Positions 1 through 11,410 of a stretch of DNA of 64,000 nucleotides are shown in pieces. Below the pieces are notes generated by a model, which did not search any database, was not told the origin of the DNA, and worked only from the letters and a program-made list of their open reading frames with translations. The DNA lies in the NCBI GenBank assembly GCA_030265395.1, contig JARFYF010000012.1, positions 12,872,741 to 12,936,740 of the forward strand, written 5' to 3'. A program made the position numbers and the translations under genes. The first letter of the stretch is position 1, and the number at the start of each line of letters is the position of its first letter. The stretch comes from Rhina ancylostomus. Taxonomy: Eukaryota.

Positions 1-479
1 AAACTTGAATGGGATGTAAAACCAATATTCTACATTGTTCCACACATAGTGAGTTAACTTAAAAGCATCCTCACAATCCTCTCAAAATCTAAAACAGCAA
101 CAGAACAATAAAATCTCCTTATCAGCGAAATTTACTATACTTGAAAGATTTGATTGACTTGGGCATCATTCTGATGAAAGAGCACTTTGCTTCTTTGACA
201 CTTTATTTATAGTAACATTCAGCACCCAAACCATGACATCATTTCCATTGCCACCCCCCCAACCCGTCACCCTCATATTCTCTTCCATTGCTCCTACTAC
301 CACAATTTCAAATTAATTAATGACAATAGACTTAGACCTTTTAGGTACAAAACATCCTAAGTACTTCAGTAATAAGAAAATTAACATGTGGTTAATGTGA
401 TTCAAATGTATTGGTAATAAATGATCACTCTTCCTTTTGAAATCTCCTTGCATTCATTCATGGATTGTGGACACAACCG

Positions 480-1015
480 GAAGCATCACGGCTTGGTATG
501 GCAACTGTTCTGCCCGAGAACATGAGGGACTGCAGAGAATCGTGGACACAGCTCAGCACATAACGAAAAGCATCCTCCACTTCATGGACTCTGTCTACAC
601 CTCCCACTGCCTTGGTAAAGCAGCCGGCATAATCAAAGACCCCACTCACTCCAGACATTCTCTCTTTTCCTCTTTTCCCCTCTCCCATCAGGCAGAAGCT
701 ACAAAAGCCTGAAAGCATGTACAACCAGGCTCAAGGAGAGCTTCTATCCCATTGTTCTAAGACTAGTGAACGGTTCCTAATATGATAAAATGAACTCTTG
801 ACCTTACAAGCTACCTCATTATGGCTTTGCACCTTATTGTCGGCCTGCACTGCACTTTACCTGTAACTGCCACACTTCATTCTGCATTCTGTATTGTTTT
901 CCCTTGTCCTACCTCAATGCACTAATGTGATGAAATGATCTATATTGATGGCATGCAAAACAAAATTTTTCACTGTACCTCAGTATAAGTGACAATAACA
1001 AACCAATTTACCAAA
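480..1015 (+). mobile_element. Rex1/Babar-type LINE, 5'-truncated 3' end
   Basis: ORF2 C-terminal peptide ITAWYGNCSA...LQRIVDTAQHIT...DSVYTSHCLGKAAGIIKDPTH, then a 3' UTR ending TTTCACTGTACCTCAGTATAAGTGACAATAA and a short CCAATTTA repeat tail. Confidence 0.85.
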
Positions 1016-1039
1016 TTAAACTGTTGTAAAGCCCATTGC

Positions 1040-1960
1040 CATTGACAAGGGAGCAGTGAGCTGCCTTTTTGAACCACTGCAATCTACGTGATAAAGGTAT
1101 TTCCAAAATGCTATCAAGTGGAGAGTGCCAGGGTTTTAATTCAATAACAATGAAGAGATAGTTACAGATGTTCAAATAAGGATGGTTTGAAACTAGGAGG
1201 AGAACTTGTAGAATGCAGTGTCTCTGCTGTCTTCACCATTCCAGATAGTGCAGATTGTGGGTTTGTGAAATTGTTGAAGAATTCTTAGCAAATTGCTGTT
1301 ATGCATCATGTTAACAGTACATATTGCTGCAAATGTGGTGGAGAGACAGAATGCTTAAGCTGGTGGATGGAGTGCTAATCAAGCAGGTTGTTTCATCCCA
1401 ATGGCAACTTCTTGAGTTTCCTTGCACCTGCTCTTTTCCAGATAAAAGGAGACTATTCCATCATATACCACATTTCTATATAGTGTGGAATTTGAAAATG
1501 AGTCGTTGGCCATGAAATGCACAGCTGCTCTGGTAGCCACTGAATTTATATGGCTGGTTCCCATTAAGTTTCTGGTCAATGAAGAATACTCGAGATGTCA
1601 ATTATGGTTGAATTGTCAATGGTTATGGTATTGAGTCTCAGCAGGAGCTGATGATACTTTCACTTGTTCGAGATGGTGATTGCCTAACACATGTATGGTA
1701 CAAATGTTACTTGCCTGAATGTTGTCCATTTCCTCCTGGAACAGTCTACTTTATGTTCTGAATAGCTGAAAATGGAAATGAATAAAATGAATCATGAACT
1801 AATATATGTACTTCTCACCTTATGATGGAGTGAAGATCATTGATAAAGCAGATGAAGATTCTAAGGTCTGGGACATTAATCATAAAAAGTCTTGCAGTAA
1901 CACCCTGAGGCTACAATGAATAGCCTCAAACAACCAATAATTTACTTCTGCATTATGTAT
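1040..1960 (-). mobile_element. Degenerate non-LTR retrotransposon (CR1/L2 group), RT to 3' end
   Basis: Minus translation near 1800-1860 gives IFICFINDLHSIIR*EV (RT motif region before FADD). Near 1050-1085 it gives LQWFKKAAH, the ORF C-terminus. Confidence 0.65.
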
Positions 1961-2359
1961 GACTGCAACTTGAAGTAACATTTTTCTCTGTATCTCATAT
2001 GTTCCATTGTGATTTTTGTTCACCATACAGAATATGTTCTTATTATGCTTTTAAAGTTAGCTTGTGTCTAAGACTCCAAACATACTGACAGAATTTTTGG
2101 CCAAAGTTGTGTGGGAAGGAAAACACAGAACAAACACTGATTTAACATGTGAATTGTACATCTAATAATCAAAGAGACAGAGTTAGCCAATGGTAACTTC
2201 AAATTACTTTCTGATTTTATTTTTTAATTTATTTTAAGAATAAGCTTGGAAGACAATGAGTTGCATGAATGAAGTTCCTTGTCAACTTGTTCAGCAAAAG
2301 CAACCATTAGTTGCCACTGGTCAAGAAGTATACTGGAACGCCACCACTTCTGTGTCAAA

Positions 2360-2442
2360 AAAAACTCAAGAAAATAGGACCAGAAGTAGGCCACCTTGCC
2401 CTTCTGTTCTGCCCGGCCTATCAATATAATCATGTTTGATCA
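2360..2442 (-). mobile_element. CR1 3' tail fragment
   Basis: Reverse complement resembles the CR1 3' tail at 41100-41185 (atgat..tattga..ggc.g.gcag ... ggcctact.ctg.tcctattt). Confidence 0.55.
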
Positions 2443-2509
2443 ATGTATGCTTGGTCCATGTTTTAGAGGTAAAAAGGATTATTCTACACTTGCCTGAACA
2501 AGTGTTTGA

Positions 2510-3215
2510 AAAGTACTTTTAAGGATCTTGACACCATCCAAGACACAACAATGCACTAGACTGGTGCCACATTGACTTGTCCAATCACCAACCCCTGCTG
2601 CAGAATTATAGCTGTAGAGTCTACAGTCTACAGTATAAATGGCAGAAACTCCAGAACCCTGGATCTCCACTGACAATACAGGTAAAGGCACCTGATGCAT
2701 GAGGACACCATCATCTCCAAATTCTCCTCTAGCTGAGAGATTTTGGAGAGTTAGATGATGAGACACTTGCTTCCAAATACTCACCATCCAACATGTTCTG
2801 GTAACTACAACATTTATGTTGGTGATACAGCTGAGTTTCTAGGCGAATATGACATCCCCTCCCCCACTCTCATCCTAGATTGTTGAAGGTGACAAACTGA
2901 GTGATAATGATGTCATTGAGATCGAAGCCAACATGATTGGTCTTGCTTAAATTGGAGATAATCAGCCATCTGTAGTATAAATGTTGCTTATCATTCCCAA
3001 ATCCAATCATCAGTGTCACCCAGGTCTTACTGCAAGCTGGAATGAACTGTTTCACTGTGCAGGAAAATGTAATTTTACTCAGTGAAATCTAATGAACAGC
3101 CCCACTTCCAACCTTATAACAGATTAAAGATCAGCAATGAAACAGCTGAAGAACTTCTCCAAAGATTCCCTTTGACTGAGATGACTAGCCTCAACAAATA
3201 GACCAATCCTTCTCA
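2510..3215 (-). mobile_element. Second degenerate copy of the LINE family at 1040-1960
   Basis: Shares ccccacttc.aaccttat...atgaa.cagctgaag and tagcctcaa.caa...accaat motifs with the 1040-1960 copy. Confidence 0.55.
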
Positions 3216-3761
3216 TGATGTCGCATGTGGTCAAATGTTTCTTTTTTAGAGACTGAGGTCAGTCATTTGATGTTAAAATAATTGCTGCTGANNNNNNNNN
3301 NCACAATTCAGTAAATTTAGGGTTGCTATTAATGAACTTCATATGCAATCATAATTTCAAAGCTTCCTTTAAATCAAAACAGTTCTGTGAATAATCATTA
3401 CAAATGGCTGAAAGGGAACAAAAGAAGGACTCTGATATAACCAGAATGACTAAGGAAATGACAGATTAAGAGCAACATGTCTAGATTTCAAATATATAGT
3501 TTGAAACAAAGCATGTTGAAAATCATGCTGTAAACCTAGATTTCATAAATCATTCCCAAGGCATTCTTAGTTGGTGAGATTATCAGTCAGTACATTGACA
3601 GGTTACATTTAAAAATAGTGGTCCTTCCTATATATAAAGCATCTTTACCAAGCTTCAAAAAGGTTTCTTCATGTCAAAGGTAGTCATTCACACTTTGCTC
3701 CATACTTGGACCAAGACAGCCTTCCTACCTGGTTTCTGGTCATCCTAAGTCAAACATCTAT

Positions 3762-4612
3762 GAGTCAAGTCAAGTCGAGTATATTGTCATATGCACAAGT
3801 ACACATATGCACAGGTGCAATGAAAAACTTCCATTAAGCAGCATCACAGGCACGTAGCATCGTATAAGCAGCATTCAGAAAATAAAACATAAAACATAAA
3901 TTAATCATAAAATAAACACAATTTTTACAAGAAAGAACACAATTGGAACAAAAAATGAAGTTCATTTGAGTGCAAAGTGATCAAAGTGGTCATAGTATTG
4001 CTAAACTCCATTGATTACAGTTTTGCTGGTTGGTTCAAGAATCGAATGGTTGAAGGGAAGTAGCTGTTCTTGAAGCTGGTGGTGTGGGATTTCAGGCTTC
4101 TGTGCCTGATGGTAGCTGCAAGAAGATGGCATGGCCCAGATGGTGGGGATCTTTGATGATGGATGCTGCCTTCTTGAGGCAGCGCCTCCTGTAGATACTA
4201 CCAATGGTGGGGAGGGACATGCCAGTGATGTATTGAGCAGAGTCCTCTACTCTCTGCAGCCTTGTATGTTCCTACACATTCAAATTGCCCACCAAACCAT
4301 GATGCAACCAGTCAGGATAGTTTCACAGAACATCTGTGGAAGTTTGTTGGAGTGTTTGGTGACAAGCCAAATCTCCTTAACCTCCTAAGAAAATAAAGAG
4401 GCCTGCAGGCTTTCTTTGTGATTGCATCTATTTGCAGGGCCCAGGACAGTTCATCCGATATGTTTATGCCCAGGAATTTAAAGCTGCTGACCCTCTCCAC
4501 CAAGCTGATCCCCCAATGTAGACTGGCACATATTCTCCCTCCTTCCCCTTCCTGAAGTCCTGAATACATTTTGTTTGTACTGACGGTAAATGAGAGGTGG
4601 TTGTTGTCTTAC
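3762..4612 (-). mobile_element. Rex1/Babar-type LINE fragment (second subfamily)
   Basis: VERVSSFKFLGINISDELSWALQIDAITKKACRPLYFLRRLRRFG (DUF1891-like region). Distinct 3' UTR with a (CTTGA)n-type tail at 3762-3780. Confidence 0.85.
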
Positions 4613-6607
4613 CCTGTCCTCTGCGCTACCTACCCCCGGGACAAATTTTGAGGTGCATGAGTCACTAGATATTACACTTGACTACTCCCTTGACCACGTT
4701 CCTGAAGTAGAGTAACAGGTTCAAAAATGGCGAAGATGGATTTGCCTTGAGGTCAATTTGCCTTGTGAATGGCTCTCCACACAGCGAGACAATGTAACTG
4801 TGCCTACCATTGCCCTCCAAGTCTGAGATAAGTCGCACAGTATTAGCAAGACAGCTGGTCTTCCATTTGCTGCTTTGTGAAACACATAAATGTCTTTTCA
4901 CTTTTAGGACCACTCTCTTTATGAATATGCCAATAAATGTACGTGTCACAAAGATACTGCCATTTAATGATTTACGCATTCCTTTGTTAATAACCATGTA
5001 CCTGTGTAGCAATGATAATTCTGGATACTGCAGAACAAAGGTAGATGAAGGTCAGGTACGAAAACANNNNNNNNNNNCGAGTCTCATTAGTAAACCTCCA
5101 ATGTGTGGATAGTGGTGGGGGGGGGGGGACGGCGGCGGCGGCGGAGGAATCATTGTCAAAATTCCAGGGGTACTTGGACGTGGAGGGATAGTGGCTTCTT
5201 AATTTTTCTACGAGGGGCCAGTCTTCTACCTTCACTACCTTCCGCCGGTTTTGTTTTAATGGGTGACACGCACCGCTCCTTGGACACCAACACATCCCGC
5301 TCTGACAGCGGGAGAAGCAGGGTTGTTTCCCGCATTGGTCTGAGGTTGACAAGCCGGACCACTGAATGTTCTCCAGATTGGCAAAAGGGGTGTTTCTTCC
5401 ACCGGCAGGTGTTCAGTAAGGGCATATCATCATTACGCAATATTCCCGAAATTAATTAAAAGTACATTTTAATGCTTCCAGGATTTCAAAGCTCGACTGA
5501 TTCCTGAGAGTGAAGTTAGCTGCTTATTAATAGTAAGCGGTCCTTGCTAAGCCGTTTCTATATTAGCAAAATGTCTGGAGGAAGACAACAGATGCCAAGC
5601 GTGTTCTCGGCTCACCTGTATGTCGCCTGGCTTCAGTCGGAGCTGACGTGTCACCTGCAAGCCGAACTTCAGAAGCCTGCAATAGACATGGGTGCCGTGC
5701 GGGAGATCTGATCTGGCATGTTAGACGTTTAAGGGTAAAACCATTTTTGTGAAAGGTGTTGCTTCAAACCTCTTGCAAACATTGCAATTAATTTCATGTT
5801 GTCGATTGTGATTTTACTTCTGCAAAAGCGCCACAAGGGAAAGCATTCAAACTCGAACTGAATAGTTGCTCCTATTCACATCCAACCTATAGATTGGTTC
5901 TGCAATATAGGAACTGGGTTGCAATTTCCGCGACGGCTCCTCCAATCATCGCCAGCTTCTATTCTTTCAACGCCACATCGGATTTTGCATCTTTTCCCCA
6001 ATGCAAAGAAACTCTTTACTTCTCAAGTGCTTACCTCGCTGGTATTTTCTATAAACCTTGTGTTTCTGTCAAGCCCTTCTTCTTTTTCAATGCTTGGTGT
6101 AATGCACTGTGGCGTTAAATGAAATATTTATCGCCCTGTCTGAATGTTGGCAGATATTTCTCACTTACTGAACAGAAATCCGTCATCAGCGTTCTTCAAC
6201 CAGTGTGTTTAAACAGGCAGCATCTCGGGTTGAATGTGCTGAATTTAAACATTGCAATCGGTCCTTGCGACCAGATACGATCAACAGTGTAACATTCTGC
6301 AATTTTGGACAAACAGTGCAAGGAGGTTATGCGCCATAATCGGGTTCCATCTTTAAGGCAGCCCGCAGAACTACACTCGGGTTCTCAGACCTGGTTGGCA
6401 GGGATTTCCAGCGAGAGTTACATGCGACTATAACTGCAAAAAGTTAATCCTAATGATGAGAAAATGGTGCTCGATCTTACTGCACCACTGGGCTTCCTGA
6501 TCACATGTCGATGTTGTCTGTTTGAAAATATGACCAAAATGTCAAGAGCCAGCATACTCCAAAACTGAGGTGAATTCAGTTCTGTATACTTTACCTTCAC
6601 CCCAGAA

Positions 6608-6866
6608 CTTACACACGTGTGCACATAAACGCAGGAGTACTCTTTAAGAAGACACGAATGCACACCGCAGACAGATATACAAAAGCTTCGAAGCCAGACA
6701 TACATGAACGCACCCACATATATGCATCCGCGAACGCATGCACTGTAGGACGAGTTCCATTCACACAGATTCATGCACACATACCAAACGCCTGCACTTC
6801 ACATAATCAGACACATACCCGTATACGTACATGGACATCCATATGTAGACAAACACATGCTCACAA
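6608..6866. repeat. Degenerate CA/TA-rich simple repeat
   Basis: acacacgtgtgcacata...cacccacatatatgca...catgcacacatacc; produces spurious C/V-rich and H/T-rich ORFs. Confidence 0.6.
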
Positions 6867-9800
6867 AACTATGGGAAATATTAAAGTTTTGTGGCTTTCC
6901 CACTTGGCAAAATAGACCCTAATTTATTTTAAATGTGTGTAAAAGGCGGGGAGATAATTATATATTTTCAAAGCCCATCTATAAAGTTTCCAATACTTTT
7001 ACTTTAAAAAGAAATCAATACTCTGAGAATGCCAGCATAACCTATTATATCTATAACGTATTGAGTCATGTTTCCACTAATTATAAGGCGAAGAGATAAA
7101 ACGATAATAGGAAATGGTTTGCAAAGTAATTCTATTCTGAAGCAAGTATTATTCAGCAAATATACAATCGTGTGTGCATCATATCAACGTGGGATGCGGT
7201 GGACAGGCCATAGTTGAAGAGGACGAAAAGCAACTTGCCACTCAAAGCTTTAGAGTAAGCCTATCGAGTTTGATCGCAGGTTCAAAGATAATATTCAGTT
7301 TAAAGACTTAAGAAGTGCAATGGGCGTCCATCTTCCGATGCAGAGCATGTAATGGAATCGCGCGCACACACACACAAGTTTCAGAAGTACCGCAATTTAC
7401 AAAGCCTGATTAATGCGTGTCTAACAAGTCAAATGTAGACAACCGTTACTGAGAACTTCAATAGTTGTTTTCACTATATTAAAGCGGGTTAGTTTATCTA
7501 TATATCTACATACTTGAAATGCCAAAATTGTTAATATTCATCATTATAATGCACAAAAGAATACTAACGCTGCAGTGATATGCAGTCAGTAATATCCTGA
7601 TCTCAAATAACTTTTGAGTCCGTGTAACAAAGCCTACTCTGGATGCTCTACAGAAAGATGTTTTGGAGTGGGGCAAGTAAATGGCTCAATACTTGCAGCA
7701 ATCTCACACAATGCACCTTGTGGCGTCTTTGACGCTTCTTAAATAGTTCAGAACCGCTCTGTCTTCCTGACATCGTTGATTAATAAAACCAATGCGAGTT
7801 GAAATATCCAATAGCTCCATGCCGTTCTCCGCCATTCCGCTAAGAGAAACTATCGTCAGATGTTCCCTATTTTCACTTGAGGTTGCCATATTAAAGACAT
7901 TAATCTGATAAGATAATTGCCAAGTTAATAACAACGTTTTAATTCAATGTGTTTTGATTGGCAGTATGATTACTTTCCCATTGGGATCGATATTGTTGTT
8001 AGTTGCCAACAATAGAGCGATGCTTTTGGACGGGGTGAAAATTCATTACGATCATTTTTGTCTAAAAGGTGCAAAAGCAAACGCAGCTAATCCATTGATG
8101 TAATCAGGTCCTGTAGATCTTTGTCCTTTTTGCTTTAACTCTTTTAAGAAATTCAGGTTCAACATATAAGCCGAAACAAAACTAAAGACATGCATGTTCA
8201 CATCTCACGAGATATCTTTGACATTGGTGTGGGACTGAGATCACACAGTTAATTTTATCCCTCTCTTACAAATACGAGGCGTCCGCTGAGAAGGAGTGAC
8301 CCTAAGAATGTCGACACCAGGGAATCTACATTAACCTGTTCATTTTGTGAGTTGCATAGCTTTGGCTAAAACAATCTTTGGAGATGCCCAATCCATTTGC
8401 CCCCACCTCCCGCAAGATCTACACGAGCTCTGTCACGTATCCGGTTGTTTGCTGATATTATAAAATATGGCTCCCCGCGGCCATTAATTGAACAGCTTTC
8501 AGAAACTTCTTTAATAATTAAGCTGCTGACCATACATTATACTCCATCCTGCGCCTGTTTCACATTTCATGCAATTCGGCGGCTACACACAATTCCGTTG
8601 TTTTTTTTAAAATCCTTATATATGACGGTAGGTGCCTTAAATAGCCGGCCGGTTTCTCCCGTCAATATGACTTATGACACAGTCTGATTATAGCCGTTGA
8701 ACTGACTTGATGAAAGAGCAGAAGAACAATGCACAACGCAGGTAAACGTGTGTAAGTCTTGGTCCTTTGTTAAACCGTTATTGTCTGGTAGTTTACCTCT
8801 ACAGGGCCATTTCTATCAAAGCACTTGTGTCAAAGTGACCGCTCTCTCGTTTTGGAGGCAACATTGAAGTCCGAAGACAATGGTGCGTACACTGTAAAAG
8901 ATCTACCCTGTGGTGTGAACAACCCTATTCATCTTAAAGTATAATCACTGGATCAGAGAAAAATGTTTAGAGAGAAACATCTATTACATAACTCCCCGAT
9001 GACGAATCTCGAACAACCTTGCTTTAAAAAATAAAAAGTTGTAGTATAAGCTAATACTGTAAAAAGACCAGCATAGTATACACATGACATAAGATTACCC
9101 CTTACTGTTTCAATGAGTACCGTGAATTTTAGCTCTTTAGTAACCTTTGTTAACTATTTTATGAAATAAATAGCTTACATATGAAGAAAACATGCAATGC
9201 CTTCCAATTAATTTAGAAGCAGCTTCACAATATCTCGGTGACTCCAGACAACCAATACGTCTTTTGCCAAATGAAAAACCATACAATTGAATTTATAATG
9301 ACACTCTGATCAGAAAAGTCCCCATATAATTCGATATTTTTGTGCTTTCAGTGGCCAGCCTTCGTAAATAATATACAAAGTAAGGAAACATAATCCAGCA
9401 GGCTGGAATGTTTAATTNNNNNNNNNNNNNNNNNNNNNNNNNNNNNNNNNNNNNNNNNNNNNNNNNNNNNNNNNNNNNNNNNNNNNNNNNNNNNNNNNNN
9501 NNNNNNNNNNNNNNNNNNNNNNNNNNNNNNNNNNNNNNNNNNNNNNNNNNNNNNNNNNNNNNNNNAACTCGATGGATCAAATTCTTCCTGACGTCAGTCT
9601 ATCAACAGCAATAGATGCCTTGGTATAAATGATGACTGCAGAGTGAACACGAAAGTTTTGTTTTAAGTTTTGCTTTAGAACTGCTGCAAGAGNNNNNNNN
9701 NNNNNNNNNNNNNNTGAGGATGGGAAATTAGACATTTGGGCTAAATTCTGTGAATTGAGTACGTGCTGAACTAACAAAGCGCAGTGGCTGGGAAATTGCA

Positions 9801-10959
9801 TGATGCGCTGCTACTGTGGTGTTCTGCGTTTTGTACAATTATTTGTTGCAGCTAAAACGATCGGATGATGTAAAGTTAAATGCAGCTTTAAAATAAGTGC
9901 ACAATTTTAAATGTAAAATCTCAATCAATTACGCCAATATGGAAAGACATGAAAATGATTGTGAAATTCATTTTTCGGCGTGAGTAAACCATAAACAAAT
10001 GTATCTAACAATGGCTTTGAAATATTACAAGGGAAGCAAATTTTACAATGCAATGCATACGACACTTTAGCATGTGAAGAAGTTAGGAACCGTAATGAGA
10101 TGGAATTGTATATGATTAGCTGCTAAATATGGAAGTCATTTTTAAATGCTCATTTTTTGTGAGATTAGGAAGTGAATTAATGGTTATTCTTCCAGTCATG
10201 CCTATCACATTTTAATGACTCACTCTGGTGGATTGCTAGGATAATTGCAGTCGATCGATTAAATGAAAAAAGATTGATTTATTGGGTATTTTTTGATGTT
10301 GCTTGAAACCGTGACATTAGAGTGTTTTACTTTTCGGCTGTCCCACCATGACCAGGTATCACACAGATTAGGGTTAGTGCTTGGGTCACTGGGTTCTCAA
10401 AACTCCCACTTGCAAATCGCAGCGGGCTTGTTTTCTTTAAGTAAATCAATTGATCTATGAGGGTCTAAGTAGTTCCTAAACAGTGATACTCATCAGAGGA
10501 TACAACAGGGAAAGCCGGTAGGGCTGTTGAACAAGGTTTGGGTTTCTGTCTGAAGGCAGAATGGGTATCAAACTGACGCCTGTATATCAGGGAAATTACT
10601 TTCTAAAGAACCACTCTTCATGAGCAAGTTTTGCAATACCTTTCCTTTGTTTATAGTCATGTTGTTAATTTCCGCGAAGTTTTACTATGCGGGGCGGATA
10701 TAAATTAAGCTGGAGACCCTTGACTACAATTAGCAAAGGAAACGAGAATTAGAGAGCCAGGAGATTGAAAACTAAATCGTAAATCAAATCATTTTTCAGA
10801 AGTTTTAAGTCATCATATAAACAATGCCATGCATGCATCCACATCCGATTGAAAGACAATTTGAGAAGCGATATTTCCCTTTACACTCCCACTATATTTA
10901 GGAGCGAATATAGAGGAAATTCGACGTTCTCTATTAGCAGATACAACACGGCGAAATCC

Positions 10960-11410
10960 TTAGTCAATTTTAAGCAGGTAGTAATGTGTAAGTTCTGTTT
11001 TCATGAAGCGTTTATACCTCACCGGCTTCATTCACGCTGTCTCTGGTAAATATACCTTTGATACATTACAGCAAATTAGAGCACTCTCGCCTCCGTTCTT
11101 AAATCGACATGTATGCAATAAAGAAACCACCTGGATAAATGAGAAAGGACACACCCCAGGAACCAGGTACAGTATTAATACAGGCATGTTGTCGGATACG
11201 CTGCAGTTCATATATATATAAAGTCTTGCCTCCCACCTACACGGCAACAATGATGAAAATTTCTGCCGTTCGATTAACAACCCCAACCAGACCGATCCTT
11301 TCTCTTTGATATTTTAATGGCAATATTAATCCTACGGCTGTACAATAAGAGATGATTTTAACACGGCAACACACAATAAACAATACCACAAGGGATTAAG
11401 AATTAGGGTC
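10960..11410. promoter_or_regulatory. Candidate EMX2 3' forebrain enhancer (Smad/Tcf/Otx site cluster)
   Basis: GTCT 11039-11042 with CTTTGAT 11056-11062; CAGAC 11288-11292 with CTTTGAT 11304-11310 and TAATCC 11327-11332; GGATTA 11393-11398. Lies about 2.4 kb past the poly(A) signal. Confidence 0.5.

Noticed and set aside
4665-5459. Overlapping 94-121 aa ORFs around a GC-rich (GGC)n/poly-G patch
   Set aside because: No recognisable domain, several non-ATG starts, no supporting exon structure; better explained as the CpG-rich edge of the EMX2 domain.
6418-6915. ORFs of 120 aa (minus) and 98 aa (plus)
   Set aside because: They arise from a degenerate CA/TG simple repeat with few stop codons.
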